This document shows positions 56,239-64,000 of a stretch of 64,000 nt of DNA, in pieces; position 1 is the stretch's first letter, and the number at the start of each line of letters is the position of its first letter. The stretch is from an uncultured Eubacteriales bacterium (GTDB taxonomy: Bacteria > Acidobacteriota > Aminicenantia > Aminicenantales > Aminicenantaceae): assembly GCA_964410125.1 (NCBI GenBank), contig CAYPGQ010000009.1, positions 13,192 to 77,191 of the forward strand, written 5' to 3'. The position numbers and the translations under genes were made by a program. The notes under the pieces were generated by a model. It saw only the letters and a program-made list of their open reading frames with translations, ran no database searches and was not told the DNA's origin.

Positions 56239-58569
56239 ATGTTTAAAAAACGTCTTTTTATCTTTTTGGTTTTGATTGCTTCTTTTTTCTTTCTGAACGC
56301 TATAATTGGATTAGCTCAGGAAATGGACCGGTCGGACCAGTTCCGGCAGCTTTATAAAGAGCTGCCCACTCCTAATAAATACCGCACAGCTAGCGGGGCC
56401 CCGGGCCCAGAATACTGGCAGCAGCGGGCTGACTATGATATCTCGGTTGAACTGGATGAAAACAAACAGCGGATATATGGAACGGAAACCATTACGTATT
56501 TTAATAATTCTCCTGACAAACTTTCGTATCTATGGCTTCAGCTTGACCAGAATATGCGCGCTAGGGACTCGATGACGAAGAAGACCGAAACAGGCAGGAT
56601 ATCAGATACGATGAACTTCCGTTATCTACATAGATTGCACAATGATTTTGATGGTGGGTTTAAAATCGAATATGTGAAAGATGTAAATGGCAAAAACTTA
56701 CACTACCGGGTAGTGAACACCATGATGAGAGTTGACCTTCCAAATGCATTAAACTCCGATTCGCAATATTCTTTTAAAGTGAAATGGTGGTACAACATAA
56801 ACGACAGATTGAAAATCGGTGGAAGGTCTGGATTCGAATTTTATGAAAAAGACGGAAATTGTGTTTTTGCAATTGCCCAGTTCTTTCCGCGGATGACCGT
56901 GTACAACGAAACGGAAGGCTGGCAGCATAAGCAGTTCCTCGGGAGCAGCGAATTCGCGCTTCCATTTGGGAATTATGTGGTCAAGATCAGTGTCCCCTCT
57001 GACCATATCGTAGGAGCAACTGGAATACTACAGAATGCTGACAAGGTGCTTTCAGACGCTCAGCAAGCCAGGATTGAAAAAGCCCGTAATACGACTGACA
57101 CCCCCGTTTTGATTGTCAGTGAAGAGGAGGCCATTCAGAACGAGAAATCACATGCAGCTACCAAGAAGACCTGGGTTTTCAAAGCAGAAAATGTACGGGA
57201 TTTTGCTTTTGCATGCTCTCGGAAATTTATATGGGACGCCATGGCTGTAAAATTGGGGGAGCGGTCGCCTCTTGCCATATCTTTTTACACCAAGGAAGGC
57301 AATCCTCTATGGGAGAAATATTCAACCAAAGCCGTCGCTCATGCATTGAGGGTTTATTCGAAATTTACATTTGACTTTCCCTATCCCAAAGCAATATCAG
57401 TCTTATCAGGAAGAGGAGGAGGGATGGAGTATCCAATGATTTGCTTTAACGGCGGCAAACCTGAGTCAGACGGAACATACTCCAAGCGTTTGAAATACAG
57501 TCTTATCGGTGTGATCATCCATGAGGTCGGGCATAACTTCTTCCCGATGATAGTGAATTCGGACGAGCGCCAGTGGGAATGGATGGATGAAGGGTTGAAT
57601 ACATTTATGGAGTACCGTGCAGAACAGGAATGGGACCGAAATTTTGCGGAAAGAGAGGGTCCGGCGTATACTGTAATCAACTACATGAAAAGCGACAAAA
57701 GGGACGTGTCGCCCATTATGTCGAATCCCGACTCTGATTTGCATGCGGGGAGTAATGCTTACGCCAAAACAGCCGCAGGCCTCAATATCCTCCGGGAAAC
57801 AATCATGGGGAGAGAGCTGTTTGATTTTGCTTTTAAAGAATATGCACAGAGGTGGATGTTTAAGCATCCTACTCCCGGTGATTTTTTCCGCACCATGGAG
57901 GACGCCTCTGGCATAGACCTTGACTGGTTCTGGCGAGGATGGTTTTTCGGCATTGACCATGTGGATTTGGCCATTGACAATGTGAAGTGGTACAAAATAA
58001 ACACGATGGAGCCGCAATTGGCGAAATCCATAGAATACGAGGCTGAAAACCGCAATAAGAGGCGCTTTATCAGCAACATCCGTAATAAAGCGGACATCAA
58101 AGAAACAGCATCGGAAAAGGATCAATCCCTGGCTGATTTTTATGATAGATATGACCCTCTTAAAGTCACATCTCTTGACGAAAAAGAATATAAAAAATAC
58201 CTCGACTCCCTTACAGAGGAAGAAAAAGAGATGCTCAAGGCAGGCTATAACTATTATGAGATTGCTTTTTCTAATCTCGGAGGGATGGTCATGCCTGTTG
58301 TATTGAAATTTGAATATTCGGATGGCTCAGAAGAAATAAAGAGGATTCCTGCTGAAATATGGCGCAGATCCAATGACGCTGTGAAGAAAATATTCGTCAC
58401 AGAAAAAGAGATTCGTCATGTCACTCTGGACCCCTTCCTCGAGACCGCTGATGTGGATGTGAGCAATAATGTACGGACTGTTCAGGAGAAGCCGGACTAT
58501 TTTAAGGTTAATAAAAGCAAAAGGCGTTCAGAAAAAAATCCCATGCAGCGAGCCAAAAAAAAGAAATAA
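56239..58569 (+). CDS. M1-family zinc metallopeptidase (aminopeptidase N-like), exported
   Basis: The ATG at 56239 lies behind GGAGG. It has a signal peptide, the exopeptidase motif GGMEYP (GxMEN-like) and the zinc site HEVGHNFF-x18-WMDEGLNTF (HExxH-18-E). Confidence 0.9.
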   Translation: MFKKRLFIFLVLIASFFFLNAIIGLAQEMDRSDQFRQLYKELPTPNKYRTASGAPGPEYWQQRADYDISVELDENKQRIYGTETITYFNNSPDKLSYLWLQLDQNMRARDSMTKKTETGRISDTMNFRYLHRLHNDFDGGFKIEYVKDVNGKNLHYRVVNTMMRVDLPNALNSDSQYSFKVKWWYNINDRLKIGGRSGFEFYEKDGNCVFAIAQFFPRMTVYNETEGWQHKQFLGSSEFALPFGNYVVKISVPSDHIVGATGILQNADKVLSDAQQARIEKARNTTDTPVLIVSEEEAIQNEKSHAATKKTWVFKAENVRDFAFACSRKFIWDAMAVKLGERSPLAISFYTKEGNPLWEKYSTKAVAHALRVYSKFTFDFPYPKAISVLSGRGGGMEYPMICFNGGKPESDGTYSKRLKYSLIGVIIHEVGHNFFPMIVNSDERQWEWMDEGLNTFMEYRAEQEWDRNFAEREGPAYTVINYMKSDKRDVSPIMSNPDSDLHAGSNAYAKTAAGLNILRETIMGRELFDFAFKEYAQRWMFKHPTPGDFFRTMEDASGIDLDWFWRGWFFGIDHVDLAIDNVKWYKINTMEPQLAKSIEYEAENRNKRRFISNIRNKADIKETASEKDQSLADFYDRYDPLKVTSLDEKEYKKYLDSLTEEEKEMLKAGYNYYEIAFSNLGGMVMPVVLKFEYSDGSEEIKRIPAEIWRRSNDAVKKIFVTEKEIRHVTLDPFLETADVDVSNNVRTVQEKPDYFKVNKSKRRSEKNPMQRAKKKK

Positions 58570-58610
58570 ATCAAGAGTAGGAAATTTAGGTACAGCCGAC
58601 AGCGGCGATA

Positions 58611-59156
58611 TTGCTGGTTCCGGAAATTTCTAGTTTCATCTGTCTTTTTCTCTTTTTGATGGTAAGTACAACATTCAGCCAATCCCATAAATCTTTGTTT
58701 CCATGTTTCATTAACCTGCCGGGATGGGAGGCTGAAGAAGCATCTGGCATGGATCCGGATGACTGGGTTATAGTTGCTGGAGAGAAACGAGATCTAATTA
58801 TTGCCACGCGCGATTATGAAAAAGGCGATAAAAGTTTTTCGGCAGTCATCCAGGTCGGACCGAGTGTTGCCGCTCTCTATGCGGAAATGGAAGACGGCCA
58901 GTTCGACTCCGGAGGCATTCACATTACGATACAAAAAATCAATGGATTCAAAACGTACATAGACTTCAAGAAAGACGATGAGAGCAGCACCTGTGATATA
59001 AAGGTCGTCCTGTTTGCGGACAAAGAATTCCAAGGACTTCTTTGGTTTACTTCGGAAGGCTTGACAGAAAAAGAAGCCTTGGATATCGCGCAGAAATTCG
59101 ATTGGGGTTTGATGCGGAACAAAGCCGAATCAATAAAATTTTCGCCATTTCTATAG
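58611..59156 (+). CDS. Hypothetical protein (possibly exported)
   Basis: 181 aa from TTG, with a signal-like N-terminus (FICLFLFLMVSTTFSQS). An alternative ATG at 58659 would remove that signal. No recognisable family. Confidence 0.5.
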   Translation: MLVPEISSFICLFLFLMVSTTFSQSHKSLFPCFINLPGWEAEEASGMDPDDWVIVAGEKRDLIIATRDYEKGDKSFSAVIQVGPSVAALYAEMEDGQFDSGGIHITIQKINGFKTYIDFKKDDESSTCDIKVVLFADKEFQGLLWFTSEGLTEKEALDIAQKFDWGLMRNKAESIKFSPFL

Positions 59157-59337
59157 ATATCAATTATTCCTGGAAAACCAGTGATCCTCTGGAAAATGGG
59201 AACAGCGTGCCGATTGAACTTCACTATACAGAATCACCTCCTCAAGTGACAGACACCTTCCCGAGAGAATGCACACCCGAAAAAGAGGACGAGAGCAAGG
59301 TCATGGTGCAGAATTTGTTTCTGGGATTTATGTGAAA

Positions 59338-59532
59338 TTAGCGCAAATATTTTTCTGGAATTGGTTTGGAATCCTGCTCATCCTCCCATGTTATGCTGAC
59401 AACCCACCAACGTTGATCGTCATGATAGAGCTGCAAGCTATTGATCCCACGTCCGAACTCGTCTGGATTTTTTGTGTTCATTCCTTTTTTGTAGGTGCTG
59501 AAGACCTGAGCGATGCTCCCATAGGACTCCAT
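59338..59532 (-). pseudogene. C-terminal fragment of an NTF2-like/DUF4440-type small protein (probably N-terminally disrupted)
   Basis: YGSIAQVFSTYKKG...GRGINSLQLYHDDQRWWVVSITWEDE...PIPEKYL matches the C-terminal half of a ~140-aa family. The frame stays open only ~25 codons upstream of the ATG. A further upstream piece (to ~59700) appears to sit in another frame. Confidence 0.45.
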
Positions 59533-59871
59533 TTTCCGTGAGATTTCTGATTCATGGAAGCTTTTTAACTGTCCGGATTTAACTCTCTGCCCGAAGGATG
59601 AAATGAAAAATCATTGCCTCTACACTGTTTTCAAGCCCAGTCAGCAAATCAATATCCTTGGTGGTACGAGTAGCTTGGATGTTCCAGGCTGTAAACACAA
59701 GCGCACCTTATTGTGTTTAATGTCAAGAAAAACTAATCTTTTTTCCTTTTAAAAGATGTGATGAGCATCTGACTACGAATCAGAAGGCCGTATGCCTGTT
59801 GCGTCCTTCTCCACCTCATAATATCCACCAGATGTAACATTTATTAATTTGCTCAGGTATTACCAAATAAG

Positions 59872-62265
59872 ATGATTAAACACTACTTCATGACGGCTTT
59901 ACGGAACATCAAAAAACATAAAGGATATTCTTCGATTAATGTTGCAGGCCTGGCTATCGGCATGGCCTGCTGTCTGCTTATCGTCCTCAATATTCAGGAT
60001 GAGTTGAGCTATGATACATTTCATGTGAATGCGGACCGGCTTTTCAGAGTTGTGATCAGTACCTCTCGGGATGCTATTCCCACCAATGCCACGAGCACAT
60101 TCGGCACCGGGCCGGCCATGAAAGAAGATTTCCCCGAGGTTGTTGATTTTGCACGGCTTCGAATGATGGGTCAGGGAACCAGAATCTACATCGGCCACGG
60201 GGATCGAAAATTTTATGAAGACCGGTTTTTCTTTGCAGATCCCAGCATCTTCACGGTCTTCACGTTTCCGCTTTTACGGGGGGATGCGGAGAAAGCTTTG
60301 TCAGAATCCAACTCCATTGTTATTACAGAAGACATGGCGGAAAAGTATTTCGGCCATGAAAATCCCATCGGTCAAACCCTGGAAGCAGATCCCTACAACT
60401 CCGGCGAGATGATGGTCTTCCAGGTCACCGGCATCGCTCGAAACGTACCGGGTAATTCCCACTTTCATTTCGATTTTCTGGCATCCTATGTCAACCAGAA
60501 AGAGAACCTGACATCATTCAGCGGTTTAAGGTCGCACTACACCTATGTCTTGCTTCATGACGCTTCCCAGGCGCCCGGACTGGAATCCCGGTTACCCGAT
60601 TTTATAAATAGGCACGCGGGTGAAAACTCTTGGTATACCAATCACCTCCAACCCATCCGCAAAATTCGGCTCTATTCCCATCTCCGGTCGGAGATCGAGC
60701 CAACCGGCAATATGGCCTCTGTCACCATTTTCTCCTTGGTGGCTGTTTTTGTACTGATCATCGCCTGTCTCAATTATATCAATATATCCACAGCCCAGTC
60801 TCTAAAACGAGCCAGAGAAGTCGGCTTGCGCAAGGTGGTGGGGGCACAAAGGAAACAGCTCATTGGGCAGTTCCTCGGTGAATCCTTTTTGGTTTGTCTT
60901 CTGAGTGGTCTTCTCGCTCTGGTTCTGGCGGCGTTTTTTCTTCCGCTCTTTAATGCTGTTGCGGGCAAGAAGGTCAGCCTTCATTTTCTTTCCGGAGTCA
61001 TCCCCCTGGCATCTTTAATGGTTATCGTGATGGTTGTGGGTATCGTTTCAGGAGGTTATGTAGCCTTTGTGCTCTCGGGTTTGACTCCGCTCCAGGTTTT
61101 GAAAGGCGGTTCCCACTCTAGCAGCTGGAAAATAAAACTCAGGGAAGGGATGGTCATTGTTCAATTTTTCCTGGCCACCATCCTGATCATCGGCGCGTTG
61201 ACCGCGCAAAAACAAATGCGTTTTATACAGACGCATAATACCGGCTACCATCGTGACGAGATCCTTGTCATCCCGCTAAACAGGGAAGCGAGGGCTGGTT
61301 ATACGGCGCTCCGGAGCGAACTGCTGATGTACCCGGCCATCCGAAACACCACCTCTTCATCCCTTGTCCCCACGCGAGGCAGCATGCATGAAAGCGTCTC
61401 ATTCGAGGGAAAAGATCAGAACCTGACCCCGGTTCTTTATTTTATCGATAATGAATTCATCGACACTTACGGCGTTCAGATCCTCCATGGTGCGAACTTT
61501 ACTCAGTCAATGGCCCATCCATCCAATGCGGAATTCCTGGTCAGTGCGAGGGCTGTTGCCGAGGCAGGATACTCTGGCCCAGATGAGGCTCTGGGCAAAC
61601 GGGTCCAATGGAGGAGCAGAGACGGGGACTACAGCGGTACAATCACCGGTATCATCAACGATATGAATCTCTATTCTTTCCATAGGGGTGCGTACCCTAT
61701 GATTTTACTGGTGACGCCCATACAGCAGCATAATTACCTGTCTGTTCGTTTGGATGCCAGCCGCTACAGTGAAGCGCTGACGGCCATTCGCTCAGTGTGG
61801 AAGCGGCTGATCCACGATTATCCCCTGGATTATTTCTTTCTGGATGATAGCTTCGAAGCACTACACAAGGCGGACAGGCGGCTGGGCGACATCTTTCGAT
61901 ATTTCAGCGTGACAGCGGTCATAGTAGCCTGTATGGGGCTTTTCGGCCTGGCGCTGTTTACAGCAGAACAGAAGACAAAAGAGATCGGAATAAGGAAGGT
62001 TCTCGGTGCTTCGACTTTCAATATCTACGTGATGCTGTCGAAGGATTTTCTCAAATGGGTGAGTGCTGCAAATATTGTGGCATGGCCGATTGCCTATTAT
62101 GGCATGCAAAAGTGGCTTCAGGGTTTTGTCTTCCGTACACGAATCGGATTGGAGGTCTTTTTGTTATCTGCCGGCATGGCCTTGATCATCTCGATCTTTA
62201 CTATCTCTTTCCAATCTATTAAAGCGGCCAGGGCAAATCCTGTGGATTCGTTGACATATGAGTGA
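59872..62265 (+). CDS. Duplicated FtsX/MacB-type ABC permease (ADOP-like orphan permease)
   Basis: 797 aa. It has ALRNIKKHKGYSSINVAGLAIGMA, two FtsX signatures (YINISTAQSLKRAREVGLRKVVGA; EQKTKEIGIRKVLGA) and ends in NPVDSLTYE. Confidence 0.9.
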   Translation: MIKHYFMTALRNIKKHKGYSSINVAGLAIGMACCLLIVLNIQDELSYDTFHVNADRLFRVVISTSRDAIPTNATSTFGTGPAMKEDFPEVVDFARLRMMGQGTRIYIGHGDRKFYEDRFFFADPSIFTVFTFPLLRGDAEKALSESNSIVITEDMAEKYFGHENPIGQTLEADPYNSGEMMVFQVTGIARNVPGNSHFHFDFLASYVNQKENLTSFSGLRSHYTYVLLHDASQAPGLESRLPDFINRHAGENSWYTNHLQPIRKIRLYSHLRSEIEPTGNMASVTIFSLVAVFVLIIACLNYINISTAQSLKRAREVGLRKVVGAQRKQLIGQFLGESFLVCLLSGLLALVLAAFFLPLFNAVAGKKVSLHFLSGVIPLASLMVIVMVVGIVSGGYVAFVLSGLTPLQVLKGGSHSSSWKIKLREGMVIVQFFLATILIIGALTAQKQMRFIQTHNTGYHRDEILVIPLNREARAGYTALRSELLMYPAIRNTTSSSLVPTRGSMHESVSFEGKDQNLTPVLYFIDNEFIDTYGVQILHGANFTQSMAHPSNAEFLVSARAVAEAGYSGPDEALGKRVQWRSRDGDYSGTITGIINDMNLYSFHRGAYPMILLVTPIQQHNYLSVRLDASRYSEALTAIRSVWKRLIHDYPLDYFFLDDSFEALHKADRRLGDIFRYFSVTAVIVACMGLFGLALFTAEQKTKEIGIRKVLGASTFNIYVMLSKDFLKWVSAANIVAWPIAYYGMQKWLQGFVFRTRIGLEVFLLSAGMALIISIFTISFQSIKAARANPVDSLTYE

Positions 62266-62274
62266 GAAAAATGT

Positions 62275-64000
62275 TTACTCGTATTTCAGCGCATTCACTG
62301 GATTAGCATTTGCAGCTTTAATTGAATGAAAACTTACAGTGAACAAAGCAATGACAGCTGTAATTATCCCCGAGAAGATAAAAATGTCCCATCTTACACT
62401 GATGCGGTAGGCAAAATTTCCAAGCCATCTGTCCATTATATAATAAGCCAGCGGCCATGCTATGATGTTTGCAGCAAAGACCCATTTGGAGAATTCTTTT
62501 GAAAGCAACAGGACTATCTCACGACCTGAAGCTCCGAGTACTTTACGGATTCCAATTTCTTTTGTGCGCTGCTCTACAGAATAAGATGCCAGCCCAAAAA
62601 GACCGAGACAGGCAACAAAGACTGCGAGAAATCCAAAAGCGATATATATTTCCCGGATTTTTTCTTCTTCCGGATACTTGCTTCTGAAATTATCATCGAT
62701 AAAATAATAGCTGTAATTAAATTCCCTATCCGGATAAATTTCCCTCAAAGAACTTTCTAAAAAAGCCAAAGTATTTGGCACATTGTCAGGACGTACTCTG
62801 ACAGATATAAAACCGAAAAACCTCGGTTCGAGGGTTATAACAATAGGACTGATTTCCATTTTCATGCTCGCACTGTGAAAATTTTTAACAACTCCAACAA
62901 TAATTCCCGGCCTATTGTCCCGGGAGACATTAACCAAACGTTTCCCCAGGACATCTTCTCCCCAGCCAAGCATAGCTGCTGCTTTTTCATTAATTATAAG
63001 GGCTTGACCTGCATCAGTAGAAAAGCTTTCGGAAAAATCCCTTCCTTTTACTATCTCCATTCCATATGTATTTATAAAGTTGTGGTCAACCCAATATCTC
63101 ATAGCTCTGAGAGTTTCGTCATTGCTTTTCCCTTCAGGTAAAAAGGCATCGTATCCCAAATCTCCACCGGGAATATCTATTGAGAATGAAGCCGATACAA
63201 TGCTGGAATTCTGCAGTATTTTGTTTCTCAACGCCTCATGTCTTCCGGCTCCTTCTTCGTTTTGCCTGCTGCCAAAAAAAGGAATAACGACCATTTGTTC
63301 CTTATTGAAGCCCAAATTTATATTTTTTATATAATCCAACTGCCTTATAATGACCAGAATCCCTATAATCATAAAAATAGAAATGGAAAACTGAATAACG
63401 ACCAGTAATTTTCTCAATGTGATATTTCTTGAAGCCGAACTCAGCTTCCCCTTGAGCACCATAACAGGATCAAAAGCCGACAAAATAAATGCAGGAAAAC
63501 TTCCGGCAATAATCCCCGTAACAAGAATAATCCCAAACAGCCCGAGGAGAACGGTTAAATTCATTAAATGACTCGAGTCAAATTCTTTGCCAGACAATCT
63601 ATTAAATGAGGGAAGCGCTAACTGAACCAACACTATGCTTATCAGCAGACCGAAAATAGACATGATTATGGATTCGCTTAAAAACTGTCTCACAATTTGG
63701 CTTTTCTGTGAGCCCATAACTTTTCTCATTCCGACTTCTCTTGCACGATTGGCAGATCTTGCCGTAGAGAGATTAATGAAATTAAAACATGCTATGAACA
63801 GGACGAAAAGCGCTATGGCCGAAAACAAATAGACTGTGTTTATGTCTCCGGGATTGCCGGGTTCATACTCACATTTGGATTTCAAGTGTAAATCTGTAAG
63901 TTTTTGGAGAGGGTATTGGCGGGTTGTTCCTTTCTCTCTTAATAAATCTCCCCATTTTTCTTCAGCAGTTTCCATTACTTTTTTTTCAACATTGCCAACA
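62275..64000 (-). CDS. Duplicated FtsX/MacB-type permease, 5' end beyond window edge
   Basis: The frame is open to the window end. It has FINLSTARSANRAREVGMRKVMGS and EQRTKEIGIRKVLGA and ends in NPVNALKYE. By eye it is more AT-rich than its convergent neighbour. Confidence 0.85.
   Translation of the reverse strand, partial: VGNVEKKVMETAEEKWGDLLREKGTTRQYPLQKLTDLHLKSKCEYEPGNPGDINTVYLFSAIALFVLFIACFNFINLSTARSANRAREVGMRKVMGSQKSQIVRQFLSESIIMSIFGLLISIVLVQLALPSFNRLSGKEFDSSHLMNLTVLLGLFGIILVTGIIAGSFPAFILSAFDPVMVLKGKLSSASRNITLRKLLVVIQFSISIFMIIGILVIIRQLDYIKNINLGFNKEQMVVIPFFGSRQNEEGAGRHEALRNKILQNSSIVSASFSIDIPGGDLGYDAFLPEGKSNDETLRAMRYWVDHNFINTYGMEIVKGRDFSESFSTDAGQALIINEKAAAMLGWGEDVLGKRLVNVSRDNRPGIIVGVVKNFHSASMKMEISPIVITLEPRFFGFISVRVRPDNVPNTLAFLESSLREIYPDREFNYSYYFIDDNFRSKYPEEEKIREIYIAFGFLAVFVACLGLFGLASYSVEQRTKEIGIRKVLGASGREIVLLLSKEFSKWVFAANIIAWPLAYYIMDRWLGNFAYRISVRWDIFIFSGIITAVIALFTVSFHSIKAANANPVNALKYE

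Noticed and set aside
59042-59335. A 97-aa plus-strand ORF overlaps the end of the hypothetical gene and extends through 59157-59335. I considered that it might be a frameshifted continuation of the hypothetical gene.
   Set aside because: I found no recognisable motif in either frame and no clear junction, so I cannot tell coding sequence from chance ORF.
1-64000. I looked for rRNA, tRNA, tmRNA, CRISPR arrays, transposases, integrases, phage genes and recognisable defence-system genes (nucleases, helicases, methylase/restriction pairs, toxin-antitoxin pairs).
   Set aside because: I saw no regularly spaced direct repeats, no cloverleaf-like conserved tRNA boxes in the intergenic regions I read, and no ORF with recombinase, transposase or defence-type motifs. 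This was done by eye only. tRNAscan, Infernal or CRISPR finders could still reveal something small.

Overview
This is a 64-kb chromosomal segment from a diderm, probably anaerobic bacterium. The gene content suggests an Acidobacteriota-like lineage, which is inference only: four ~800-aa duplicated FtsX/MacB-type orphan permeases (one translationally coupled to a PadR regulator), an acidobacterial-style VWA protein, many exported peptidases and beta-barrel outer-membrane proteins.

I call about 47 protein-coding loci, three of them decayed gene relics that the ORF track mostly misses. I found no rRNA, tRNA, CRISPR array, transposase or integrase.

Most notable observations:
1. 14.5-21.5 kb holds a tightly packed five-gene operon. 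It contains an [FeFe]-hydrogenase-like sensor histidine kinase, a second REC-PAS kinase and two stand-alone receiver proteins, with no DNA-binding output domain anywhere. It ends in a single-polypeptide NfnA-NfnB (ferredoxin/NADH:NADP+ transhydrogenase-type) fusion.
2. 40.5-48.0 kb holds a translationally coupled three-gene operon that rearranges glutamate-synthase domains. One protein fuses GATase-II to GXGXG, and another carries a tandemly duplicated ferredoxin + GltS-FMN module. They sit behind a GlcD-like FAD/Fe-S dehydrogenase, and no GltD-type subunit is present.
3. A modular intergenic repeat family has two ~140-160-nt long forms, two ~30-nt short forms and a 17-nt core (TGAATAATCCAGGTTAA). 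The copies mostly point at gene starts.
4. Three gene relics are present: nitroreductase, GH29 fucosidase and an NTF2-like protein.
5. Convergent gene ends are unusually compact, and several strong palindromes or hairpins sit in divergent promoter regions.

All functional calls come from reading motifs in the translated ORFs. No database search was run.
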